Source of the DNA: Vicugna vicugna
Lineage: Eukaryota
NCBI GenBank assembly: GCA_013265495.1
Contig: MU058252.1
Coordinates: 2,514,244 to 2,550,202, forward strand
Direction of reading: 5' to 3'
Length of the DNA stretch: 35,959 nt
Shown here: positions 1 through 11,702 of the stretch, one piece after another
Position numbering within the stretch: the first letter of the stretch is position 1
How the letters are laid out: each line of letters starts with the position of its first letter
Made by a program: the position numbers and the translations under genes
The notes under the pieces: generated by a model
Databases searched by the model: none
Seen by the model: the letters and a program-made list of their open reading frames with translations, nothing else
What the model was told of the DNA's origin: nothing

Positions 1-1084
1 GTTGTGAGCAGTCACTTGCTGGGATTGGAGCAAAGAAAGGGGACCCCTCTAGAGTTCAGGAAGGCAGAGAGCCTCTCTGGGGACATTGCGTGACATCCCA
101 TCCTCAACTATTCAGAGACCTTATGAAGACAACTTTGGATCTGTTTTTCTTGCAAGCTGCCTTTTTGGGGTCATTTCCTTTAAGTCCATTTTCCCATTAA
201 AAAAATGAGACCATCTTATTAGCTGAATCATCATCATTTAAAGAACTTAGATACAGTTTCACGTCTTCTGGGAAGAAGATTCTGTAAATGTGGAAATGCA
301 GGGGTTCTTCTGTGCAGTGGGCAGGCTCGTGTGAGGGCCCATGCTCTGGGCAGCATGAACACGGGGGTTCTCGGTGGGCAAGGCAAGCCCTCCTCCTTTA
401 AAATATTCTACAGGATATTTGTTCACTAAAGCAAAGTGTCCACGCTGAGTTAGCATCCTGTAACTGCCTGGGCTTCCTTGTAATACAGATCTCCTCCTCA
501 CTAGCTAGGAAATAGACCTGCCCTGGGCTTCCAGGCTCCGGCGAGGACTCAGGTGGCAGTTCCGACCATGGGACAGGAGCAGTGATTGGGGAGAGAGCAC
601 AGTGCTAAGCCCAAGGGCGGGCATGCAGAAGCCGGGTCTGTGTTACGTGGAAGGAGGTCCGTGGCTCTGCTCAGCTTGCTCTCGTTTTGCCTGATGCCGT
701 CACCTGCCAGGAGAGTGGAAATGGTTAACCAGGGTGTGGGTTTGGGAGGACATATACAGGCTCTCGTTTGATTTTATACCTTTTGATCATGGGAAGCGCC
801 TTACGCTTGAACCTGCTGAAATCGTGGAAGACTTCAGCTGGCCTGACACTGAAGACCAGGGGTGCGTGGTCTCAGGGAGCAGGTGGGATGTCCAGAAGCC
901 GCTGTCCCATCCCGTGCAGCTGTCCCCTTTCCCCTGCTCCCAGAGGGACGTGAGAATTGTAGTCCCTGGCAGAGGGCCTCAGAGCCCGCCCTGTGACGTC
1001 CAGCAAAGAGGAGGCCAGCAGCAGGGCCGGGAGCGGAGGCAGAGCGGGACGGAGGTCGGAGACCGCATATCTAAAGCCAACATG

Positions 1085-1100
1085 CCTGTAGGGGGCGCTG
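1085..1100 (+). promoter_or_regulatory. Candidate CTCF core motif
   Basis: CCTGTAGGGGGCGCTG resembles the CTCF core CCRSYAGRKGGCRS with one mismatch, in a locally CpG-rich patch. Motif match only. Confidence 0.4.
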
Positions 1101-4100
1101 GCCGTGGTTTTAGCAAACTGCTCCAAGCACAGAGCGGCGGGTAACACAGCTCATGTAGACTGCTTCTTCCTCCTCCCTTATCGGTCAGTTTTCAAGAGAC
1201 ACAAAGTCTCTCTGTGCGTAGGCTGCTGAGCTCTGAACACGTCCTCCAATTCTACACATATTGCTCCCTTGTTTCTAATGAAGCTTTGGGGATGGCCCCT
1301 TTCCTAGGCTGGTAGCAATATGCTTCCCTTTTTTTTTATTTTACGAGAGAGAAAGAGACACATGCTGGTTTGTGGTTTGCTTTGGTTTTTAAGTTGGGGA
1401 TCATTTGATTGTGCTAATAACTTCGTGGCTGCCGCCAACTCACCAAGCCTTGTTCCTTGGTTGAAACTCTTAGCATTACCGAGAATTTCCATTTAATGTA
1501 GCCTGAAACTTGTTTTGAACAGTCTTTAAAATTCTTTGGTTCCTGCAGCAGACTACGCCGTAGTTCTTAGCAAGCTAACACGGGCGTAGTACAGTTTCTT
1601 ACCTGCCTTGGTGGTTGGGAACCAGGCACGTGGGTGGCGGCTGGAAATGACTTTTACATGCTGAGGATTACTGCAGATTAATGAAAAAAAAATCAAAGGA
1701 TTTTTACCTATGAATTAGAGATTGCCAAGTTTTTCCAATTTGTTTTCTAAAATATGTACTAAAAATAGATGACTCTGTAGAAAGAGTTTTATTAAATGAT
1801 ACTGTATGAACACTGAAATAAAATGGAGAAGAGACATCTAAAGGCCTTACTGCCTCTCTTTGGAGATGCTAAGAATTATTTTTAAATGAAATATGAAAAC
1901 TCAAAGATGTTTGGACACAGTATCTCTTTTAAGCGGAATGAATTAAATCCCTCCTTTGGCTCTGAGGCCCATCAGATGTTACAGAGGCTTGTCGGTCGTG
2001 GAGTCCACACTGGCCTGCCCCTAGCTTCGCCATGTGCCCAGAGGTCAGCCTGTGAGGTGAAGCTGAAAAGGCTGAGGCCAATTTGGTTTAAATTTAGTGT
2101 ATTCTCACAAGCAAACTAGATCTTTCCTTAGAGAAACAAAGGAAGGGATTTTTTTCCCCCTGAAAATACATTAAAGCATAAATTTATTTTAAAATATACT
2201 GTCCTCGTTTCAAATGCCAAAGTTGAGAAGTGGTGATCAGGGATGCCGTGGGGAGTAAGAGGAGACAGAAAGCATTCTCCGTGCTTCCGTCAGCCGTGAC
2301 CATTTTTTTTCTCAAATATTGGGCAGCGAGGAGTTTTTAGTGGCAGATTCTATATCTGTATGTGTTGGGGGGGGGTTTGTTCACACACACACAGACACAC
2401 ACACAGAGGCAGACCCCGTGCATCACAAAATCATGGTTGGAAAAGACTTCGTAAGTGCATCACGTGACCTACTCCACCCTCTTTGGCTGGGGGATCTCAC
2501 AGTTAAATAAGAATATGCCTTTTCTTAAAAGGTCTTCAAAAAAGCCTCTTCCCATTCAGAAATATTCTGTGTTCTGTGGGCCGACTTGGATCTTCTGCGG
2601 AATGTCAAGTTCGCCACTTCTGTGACTTCCCTAGGTCTGAACGCCAGTGGGTCTGACGGTCCTTCTATATGTAACAGTTACTGTTTGTTGCTTCTCTGTT
2701 TTCCCCAAGCTACGCAAGTCCTAACACATAAGGACTTAAGATTGCCCCAGTGTGTCCATTCTCCTGTTAAATTATGGGCCCCAGGACCTGCTGTTGACTG
2801 GTAGGTTGGATTATTTACCTGGGCCTTTGTAATAACCATGCCGTTGCAGAAGAGTTTTCTGAAGTGAATAACATTTTATCAATTACTATGAAGTGAACAC
2901 TGAAACACATGGAGCTTAGAATTTGGAACGACGGTAGGATATAAAGATGGTGACTGCTGACTTTCCCAGTCCAGTCCTCTTTGTGTTAGATCGTGTTGCT
3001 TCTTTCAGTGGTAAAATTACATATGGAGGCAGAGGATCTGGCTTTGATCATCATGGGAGTTAAATTTTTTATGTAACCGCGTCAAGGGAAAAGGCAATGC
3101 GAGGTACCTGCAGTGGAGGCAGAGGTGGTGTTAAAAGTAGAAGGGGGGCTGAGAGGAAGAGGAAGGGGAAGAAGAAGAACCAGAAAACAAATTCAGTGTT
3201 AGGAAGCGCAAACATGACGTCTTCATGAGCCTTCCAGCAGGAGCGGTGGTCCTTTCATGACTCAGAAAGTCTCACAATGTGCTACGTTAGTTCCCACGAT
3301 GGATGCAGAAATTGTCCGAGTGCAAATTAAATCATGTTCTGCCCACGGGCTGACTTAGCCAAGACTCTCTGGATAAAAAGGAGACTTGAAGGAACTGGGC
3401 GAAGAAGAGGGATGACAGCTTCTTAAGATTGGCTTGAAATACGTCTTGGACTCCTTGACTCCCTTCCAGAGCAGGGAGAGGGAGAGAAGCTCCTTGCCTG
3501 TGGAAGGGGTTGGTGTGCGAAGGGTCTGAGGGGAGATCTGTCCTGCAGAGGGAGCAGGTTCAGAGCCAGAGCTCAGTGCCTGGGACTGCCGGGTGGAGCC
3601 AGCAGCTAAGGGGCGCGGGGGAGAGCTGTGCGACGTCTTTGAGGAGAGGAAGGAGGGGGCTGGCGTGATGCTTTTCTTAGATGAGGCTGTGTAGCCTCGT
3701 CACCAGAGAGAACAGCACAGCCATGAAGCAGACACTGACCTGAAGCCATCAGCTGTGTGCTCGGGTGTCCACAGGTAGTTCCCAGTCTTCTGGGATACAA
3801 GTCACGGGATGTATTAAAAGCAGTCAGTTAGCCAAATGTCACCTGACGAAACAAAAACCCAGACAACCCCAGACTGGCTGTATACACAGCCCAAATTCGA
3901 AACAAGTGGAAAGCAGCTGAGTTTTCTTCCTAACAGATGCCTTCTCTGTGCATGGAACACGTTTTGTTGTGTTGCATCAACGTTCCACTGAATTTCGTCC
4001 TGCCCTTCACTTCTAGGACTTGGAGTCACCGTAGAGGGTTTAGCCAGGACCTTCAAATGCTCCGCAGAGGAAACCTGGGGGACCTAGAGGGTTGGAGAAT

Positions 4101-4856
4101 GCTTTCTGTTAACCGTCACCAAAACGTCTTAAGCTCCAGCGTGTCTGTGGGGGAGGCTCAGATGCTGAGCACTTGCAGGGATGAGCAGTCCCCATGTTCC
4201 TGCCTCGTCGGCAGTTGTAGCTTTGTTATCTTTTATGGAAATGAGCCATGCAGGCGTTTGGCATTAACTGATTTGGTTTTGCCGTAGACATCTTTCACCC
4301 TCTCTTGTAGAGAGAGAGAGAAGACAGAGTGAGTCTGTCGATCGAGTTCTAAAAATCGAGGAAAAGAGTATAATTTGGGGAAGAAGCGATTCTCTGTAAG
4401 CTTTTAGAGATCAGTGCTGGGTGGAGGTCCTTGCTTTGAAAATACCAGATGAGTGGAGGTTGTGCGTTCTTGATTCCAACATCGTTTGGAAAGACAGGAT
4501 GAGCTAAAAGGTTTTTATTTCACATGTGGGTTTGGTTACTTTGTGGCCTTAAAGCGTGGGAGTGGATAACCATGTAATTGAGTGGAATTTCAGCCTAAAT
4601 CCTGTTTCTTGTAATTCTTCATGAGAGACATTCCCGGGTCCTTCTTGGCTTGGGCATTCTGTGTTCCTTGAAGTGGGGAAATGAATGAAAGAGGGGAGGG
4701 GTGGAAAGGAATTTTTAAAATAGCCCAGGTAAAGTGATCAGTCCAGAAAGTTTGTTCTCAGTCCTTCCCCCATCTGCCGTTTACTCTCCAGAACTCTTTA
4801 CCGCCATGTCCCTAATGGGCCTTTTTTAAAAAATTCAGAATATGGGGTCATTTATC

Positions 4857-5395
4857 CTTTTTTAAAATTAAAAAAATTTTTCCCTTTTTCTTATTGAAAT
4901 ATAATCAATTTACAATGTTGTGTCAATTTCTAGTGTACGGCATAATAGTTCAGTCATATGTATATATATGTATATTCATTTTCATAGTCTTTTTCATTAT
5001 AGGTTACTACAAGATATGAAATATATACCCTGAGCTATACACTATAAACTTGTTTATCTATTCTATATGTAGTAGTTTGTATCTGCAAATCTCAAACTCC
5101 CAGTTTATCCCTTCCCAGCCCATTTCCCCCCGGTAACCATAAGTTTGTTTTCTATGTCTGTGACTCTGTTTCTGTTTTGTAAATAAGTTCATTTGTATCT
5201 TTTTTTTAAAGATTCCACATATAAATGATATCATATGGTATTTTTCTTTCTCTTTCTGGCTTACTTCACTTAGAATGACGATCTCCAGGTGCATCCATGT
5301 TGTAGCAAATGGCCTTCTTTTATTTTTGTTTTATGGCTGAGTAGTGTTCTATGGCATAAACATACCACAGCTCCTTTATCCAGTCATCTGTCAAT
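4857..5395 (-). mobile_element. 5'-truncated LINE-1 (3' UTR plus ORF2 C-terminus)
   Basis: T-rich tail, then reverse-complemented L1 3' UTR. Minus-strand ORF 5058..5294 reads MHLEIVILSEVSQKEKEKYHMISFICGI, the L1 ORF2 C-terminus. Confidence 0.95.
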
Positions 5396-6505
5396 CCCGA
5401 TTGGCCTTTAGTTGTCACTGGTACCTATAAAGTACCAATATTTGTCCATAGTTGACTTTTTATCAAATCTTCTCAATGTGATTCCAACTGGCCTTGCTCG
5501 ATGACTGAGTCAAATCCAATCACTGAAAAATATATAAGGTCAGTGTAATGCATCACTTTCCTTGAGAGCATCTGTAATTGTAACAACAGCAGTTGGTGAT
5601 GAGACCCAGTGGAATTACTAATGGTTGAAACTTCTGGCACAAAGTTCTGACAGAGTTGATGAAAGAAAACACAGTGTGGTGTTTAGTCACAGTCATGAAT
5701 GGGAACGTAAGGAGCGGTCACAGTGAGCACAGTCATGGCACCCCTTAAACCACTGCTGGTTCGTGGTATCTGGTCAGCTCTGTGAATTCTGCATTTACGT
5801 GGAGCAGGTCCTGCGTCTGGCGAGGACCAGAGAGCAGCTGCTGTTCTGTGTTCAGCTTCCAGTGCCAGGAGGATTTAGTGGTGATGGAATTGAAGCTTGC
5901 AGCAGTCCCTTCCTAGGAAGCGTTGCCTCGGCACAGATGTTGAGCCAGTGCCGTGGGCCCTCGTCCACAGTGCTGCCTGTCTATTTTTAGCAGCGGTGGC
6001 TGGGATGCCCTTGGATTTGGGATGCAGTCCTCCGCTAGCGACTTTACGAAACACCTTAGTGATATAATGAAGTCTTGATAAGAGAATTTTCGGTGACAGC
6101 TTTTGTGTTATTCCCTTACTAGGATCTGGTCAATTGTTAGAGAGATTTAGTTTTTCCTGCCAGAACTAGAAACTGCTTTCCCATCAGAAAGCACGTGAGA
6201 CTTGGAGCGTCATCTCAGGCTGTTCCATTGTTAATCTGGAACACAGGCTTCTGGAAAATGTCAGCGTGCACACCTGTGTGTGGAGGTGGGAGACAGGGGA
6301 CCACAAGGCCCCTGCACGGTCTGCTGATTGAAATGGGAAACCATGGTGTGGGGGGCTCTTTCAGAATGTTTTCAAAGTTCAGAGTCTGTCTTCTGACCTA
6401 CTCCCGTGGTTCCTCTTGACAATGATGGGAGTCTGTGTCCTTGGAAGGTTAGACTCAACCCAGACTGACATGAGCATCAGACCAAAGAATTTGAAATCTA
6501 TCCCC

Positions 6506-7328
6506 TTTGTTTTCTTTTCTTTTTTTTGTATATGTATATTTTTATTGCATTACAATCAGTTTACAATGTTGTGTCAATTCCTGGTGTACAGCACATTGCT
6601 TCAGTCATACATGAACATACATATATTCATTTTCATATTCTTTTTCACTATAAGTTACTGTAAGGTATTGAATTTAGTTCCCTGTGCTATACAGTGGGAC
6701 CTTGTCATTCACCTATCTTATGTATATTAGTTAGTATCTGCAAATATCAAATTCCCAATTTATCCCTTCCCACCCTTTTCCCCCCTTGGTAGCCATAAGT
6801 TTGTTTTCTATGTCTGTGAGTCTGCTTCTGCTTTGTAAATAAGTTCATTTGTCTTTTTTTTTTTTCAGATTCCACATATACATGATATTATATGGCATTT
6901 TTCTTTCTCTTTCTGGCTTACTTCACTTAAAATGATGGTCTCCAGGTCCATCCATGTTCCTGCAAATGGCATTATTTCATTCTTTTTTATGACCGAGTAG
7001 TATTCCATTGTATAAATCTACCACAGCTTCTTTATCCAGTCATCTGTCGATGCACATTTAGGTTGTTTCCATGTCTTGGCTATTGTAAATAGTGCTGCCA
7101 TGAGCATTGCAGTGCATGTATCTTTTTGAATTAGGGTTCCTTCTGGATATGTGCCCAGGAGTGGGATTGCTGGAATGTAAGTCTATTTTTAGTCTTTTGA
7201 GGTATCTCCATACTGTTTTCTATAACAGCTACACCAAAGTACATTCCCACTAACAGTGCAGGAGGGCTGCCTTTTCTCCACACCCCTTCCAGCATTTATC
7301 GTTTGTGGACTTTTGAATAATGGCCATC
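6506..7328 (-). mobile_element. 5'-truncated LINE-1
   Basis: T-rich tail, then a 3' UTR homologous to the 4857-5395 copy, extending further into ORF2 (ttccatgtcttggctattgtaaatagtgctgc; ttttctccacaccc). Confidence 0.95.
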
Positions 7329-8123
7329 CATTGCTTTTCTCTTGTAGAAATAGACAACAGAGATGTCCTTGAATGATGGTGATGCCTGTTTTAAAATTAA
7401 TGAGAAAATTTTACTTCTCTGCTTTTGAAGAGGCGATTTTTATTCTTCTGGTTAGAATATTCGAGGTTGTTACTGTGTTCACTCGGGGAACTCTTAGAAT
7501 TATAGCACGTACTTTGTATCTTAAATTGGATCCCTCGGTGGGAGAGGCAAGTAAACATATTTTTACATTTTAATAGCTACCTAATACCCCCTGCGCTTTG
7601 TGGACAGGTGCTGGCTCAGAGGAAGGTTTCTCTTTGATGAGCAGGCGCACTGTCAGGGGAGAGGCATCGCCAGCGAGGAGGGCTGGGTGGAGCAGCTGGA
7701 GGTGGGGAGCAGAGACCTTCCCAGCTGTGCCGTCCAGACCCGCGGGTCGGCTGAGCGCTCTGTGCTGGGAGGCGGCTTGGGGAAACCGGGCGTGCTGACA
7801 TGGTGGTGTGGGAAGGGTTGCAGGGGGAAGCAGAGCAGGGTCAGGCCAATTCTCGAAGAAAGGGAGGAAAACAGAACTTCACAGAATGGAATCCTGCTCA
7901 GTAGAAGGGGGTTTGGGGAGGAATGTGTGCAACTGGGAGAATGACTTGGACATCAGGATAACACTTTGTGGGGGGCGGGATTCTGTCATCCAGGCGTGTC
8001 TGATGGGCTGGAAAGGGCGCTGCGAGCTTCTGGATTGCAGAGAGCTAAAGTGGTTTGTGATGTCCCCAGTAAAGTTCAAGTTTACTTAGAAGCAACAAGA
8101 TGTTTTAGGGCTTAATGGTTACA

Positions 8124-8125
<2 letters not shown>

Positions 8126-8161
<36 letters not shown>
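8126..8161. repeat. (CA)18 microsatellite
   Basis: Perfect dinucleotide run read directly. Confidence 0.97.
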
Positions 8162-8163
<2 letters not shown>

Positions 8164-8174
8164 TATGTGTGTAC

Positions 8175-8176
<2 letters not shown>

Positions 8177-8224
<48 letters not shown>
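8177..8224. repeat. (AGAT)12 tetranucleotide microsatellite
   Basis: Perfect tetranucleotide run read directly. Confidence 0.97.
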
Positions 8225-9077
8225 GTAGAGATACGTACATGCACTATTTCTTGAAATAGCCTGAGATATCTTTAAGACTCAGGACAATTGGAATTTTTGG
8301 CTGTGATTTTGAAAAGCAGAATAAACACTGGCTTCCACCAGTACCAGGTCACATGGTACGCAGGTAGAGAATGAGATTAACCAGTAAGAGAACTTCGGCA
8401 GGTAAGTGCAGTTTTATTATTAAAAATCCTAGCGCCTTAATGCCTCAGAGCTCCCTTAATGCATTCCATTAATTTGACCTGCTCGTTACAAAGGCGGGAT
8501 GGGGGCAAGGGGTGGGGTATTCTGCCTTGACCTCGCCAGTCGCTCTTTTTCCCGGGAGTTGGAAGAGCACACGTGGGCGTGGGCATGGATGCCTCTGACT
8601 TCTGATCCCAGGTCCCCCTCCTAGCTGAGGGACCTTGGGACAGTCTGGTCTGTGTCCACATCTGGAAAGAATGCCCATTACACTGTATTTGTGAAGCACA
8701 GAACACTGTTCTTAGCGTGGAGATTTCAACTGCTGTCAAGTGAGCACTTCCTTTGTGTGCTGGCATGGTGTTGATATGTGAATGGCTCTTGTTGCTTTCA
8801 GCATTTGGGGGAGGCTGTGTGTCCATTCTAACAGCGGCTGTTTTATGAAATCGTAGAATGTTGGACTTTTAAGGCGTTTTATAAACCATCCTGCCCAGTG
8901 ATTTTTGGACTTTTGTTTTCTTAACAGAAACCTATTCCCCAAATTAAATAAGCCAAACCCAGCATGTGAAGGAGGTGACAGCACTTCCTTAGGGACACCC
9001 TGGGACATCCCAGCAGAGCCCCAGAGCAGCTGGGAACACGGCTTTCAAACCAGACATCTAATTCAGCAGTAGAATGT

Positions 9078-9165
9078 TACACATGAGGCAGTAAGGCTCA
9101 GAGAGGTTAAGTAAATTACCAAAATCACACAGCAGGCAAATTGCAGATTCAGGACGCAAAACCCC
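9078..9165 (-). mobile_element. MIR SINE core fragment
   Basis: atgaggcagtaaggctcagagaggttaagtaaattaccaaaatcacacagc matches the reverse-complemented MIR core. Confidence 0.8.
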
Positions 9166-9843
9166 CACCTTTTTTTTTTTTTTTTTGCTCCAAAGCAAGC
9201 AATCCCAGGTGAGATGTGGTAAAAGTTATATACTAAAGAGATTAACACAAAAACTGACATTAACTGGAAATTGCACAGGAAATAAAAGAAATAAGTATTA
9301 TATATGCACTGAAAAACCCTTGTCTGCAGATCAGCTGACAAAGGTACAGGCTTGGGGCAGCGAGGGCTTGACCGCCGTTCTCTGTCTCCACATCGTGGAG
9401 GAGATGTAGCTCTTTCTTCGTTTGGTGGCACCATCCCAGGAGGCATTTGGTTTTTCATAGCAACTTTTCTTATTTAATTAGTTATTTAATGAGTTGCTTT
9501 GGAAACAAGGGGAAAAAATGAAGATATAATAAATGTTTTTCTCCACCATTTTTTCCAAGTAAGCAACAATGAATAAATTCTGCTTGTGCTGGAAGTGTGC
9601 AGTGGGTAATTTCCATCTCCTATTACCCTTGAGTAGCTTTAAAGGTGGTAGTTACACAACAGGTGAGGGGAGATGAGTGTGAAAGAGGAGGAGCCCCAGC
9701 CTAACGCCTGTGTGCGGGGGGACTCGGCCCCGCAGGGGTTCAGACGTTGAAACATTTGGAAATTTCATTAGTTCACGAGCTTAAAGTGAACCGACAGTGT
9801 CGATCACTACCCTTGGATTTCAGATCCGTCTTTTTTTCTGTGA

Positions 9844-10354
9844 TTTTTTTTTTAATTGAAGTATAGTCGATTTACAGTGTTGTGTTAGCTTCTGGTGTAC
9901 AACGTAATGATTCAGTTATGTATGTGTGTGTATACATATATATATGTGTGTGTTCTCTTTCCAGTTCTTTCCCATTATAGGTTATCACAAGATATTGAAT
10001 GTAGTTCCCTGTGCTGTATGGTAAATCCTTGTTGTTTATCTGTTTTATATATAGCAATATTAATCTGCAAATCCTGAACTTCTGATTTATCCCTTACCCC
10101 CTTTCCCTCTCTGGTAACCATAGTTTGTTTTCTATGTCTGTGAGTCTCTTTCTGGCTTATAATGAGTTCATTCATATCATTTTTTAGATTCCACATATAA
10201 GTGATATCATGATACTTGTCTCTGTCTGACTTACTTCACTTAGCATGATAATCTCCAGGTCCATCCCTGTTACAGCCAATGGCATTATTTCATTCTTTTT
10301 TACAGCCGACTAGTATTCCGTTGCATATAGGTACCACAAGTTCTTCATCCAGTC
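9844..10354 (-). mobile_element. 5'-truncated LINE-1 3' end
   Basis: Poly-T, then aattgaagtatagtcgatttacagtgttgtgttag... through to ttcttcatccagtc; homologous to the other L1 3' ends in the window. Confidence 0.95.
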
Positions 10355-10355
10355 G

Positions 10356-10412
10356 CACAGACCCCTTTTGAGGGTCTGATGAAAGCCGTGGAGCTGCTCA
10401 CCAGGAAAAGTC
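10356..10412. mobile_element. Possible hAT-Charlie (Charlie4z-like) MITE fragment
   Basis: cacagaccccttttgagggtctgatgaaagccgtggagc...ccaggaaaa resembles a recalled hAT-Charlie MITE consensus; short and diverged. Confidence 0.4.
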
Positions 10413-10829
10413 CGACCGTCTCTTGATCACGTGCGGCTCACAGAAGCCCCCGGGTATGCAAGTAGACTGCAGGTTGCGTGTCTGTCCCTTTAATGGGGTC
10501 TTGCAGAAACCAGCAGGGTCTGAAGATCTTTGGCAGATACGTGCTCACTGCTCAGTCCTTGTGCAGATACTGAGTAGCCGTCCGGTCTGGGTGCAGTCAA
10601 GGCGGTCACTGCATAGGGGAGGGGCAGGGGTGGGGCTGGGCGTGGAGGGTCAGGGAAAAATGGGTCTGGTACCCCAGAAGTGGTGGCTGAAGGGTCTGTG
10701 AGCCATGTCGGGTGAGGGAAGTTGAAGGAAGCGTGTCTTTCATTTGAGGAACTGTCAGATATTAGAAGTGGTAGGATTTTGGTCTTTTCACTTTCTGGGC
10801 TACTCTAAAAGGCAAAACTAGGGGGTGTG

Positions 10830-11520
10830 GACCGAGGTCCCTCGACAGCAGCTCTAGCTGAGAGCCAGCCCGCACGCCTCGGGGCAGGGGTCGCTTCTCG
10901 CCCCCAGAGCTGCCCCGGGACCAGCGGGATGACCCCGGGCCTGTGCTCGTCCCCCAGTGGGGCAGGCTCGACTCGGGCTCCTTCCACGCGAGGATCTCAG
11001 GACGTCAACGTGGAGCCTTTTGGAGTTTCCCTGACACGCAGAGCGGGCCTGCGCCTTGCGTGTCTCCCGCACCGAGCGCGGCGCCCGCGGGAGCCTGTGC
11101 GCGGAGTGAGGCGGTGGAGGAAGGGCGCGCGCCCTCCCCGCCGCCTCCTCCAGGGAGCGCGCCCCAGCGTCGGGGGCCGTGGTTTCATTCACTCAGCAAG
11201 TGCATTTCCTGGAGGACAGTAAACCCCAGTCCCCTGGACGAACACCCCACCCTCCTTCGCCTGACGCCCCGAGTCTCGTTACTGCTCTTCCTTTCCCCGG
11301 ATTCCGCCCCACCTGACCTGCCTGGAACCCTTTCTCAGCCTCAGCAGCGGCGTCCCTGCCGCGGCTGCGGGGCACGCGCGGACGGCCTGTCGTGCCGTGA
11401 CTCACCCGCGCAGTGAGTGAGCAGCCTCCATTTACCAGCTGGGTAGGGAAACAGGAAGGCCAGCTGATGAGAGAAGGGGGCCGGCTGGAGGGGGGCCTGT
11501 GCGCAGCACGCGGGCCTTTT
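10830..11520. promoter_or_regulatory. CpG island (candidate alternative promoter or enhancer)
   Basis: Very GC-rich with dense CpG (e.g. gagcgcggcgcccgcggg, gggcgcgcgccctccccgccgcc) against a CpG-depleted background; AP-1 site TGACTCA at 11398-11404. Confidence 0.8.
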
Positions 11521-11702
11521 CCTTTGAATCAGAAGCACCGAGCCTCTTTCATCCACAGAAGCAACTTGCTGTGGTGAAAAGACGGTAAGATCCAAATTGC
11601 AACCCCTTCCCCCCGATGCAGGGGAAGTGGACTCGGCCCTTTGAGCTGCAGCTCTGAGACTCAGGTGGGAGAAGTGCTTTCAGGAAACAAGGAAGAAAGT
11701 GG

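Noticed and set aside
1195..5437. Several 6-bp stem hairpins (near 1195, 4323, 5419)
   Set aside because: Expected by chance at this length.
7600..7960. Purine-rich L2-like tract (similar one near 3080-3480)
   Set aside because: Too diverged to assign by eye.
8260..8407. Perfect donor CAG|GTAAGT at 8401/8402 with a possible upstream exon
   Set aside because: Weak acceptor and stops in all three frames; one perfect 9-mer in this much sequence is unremarkable.
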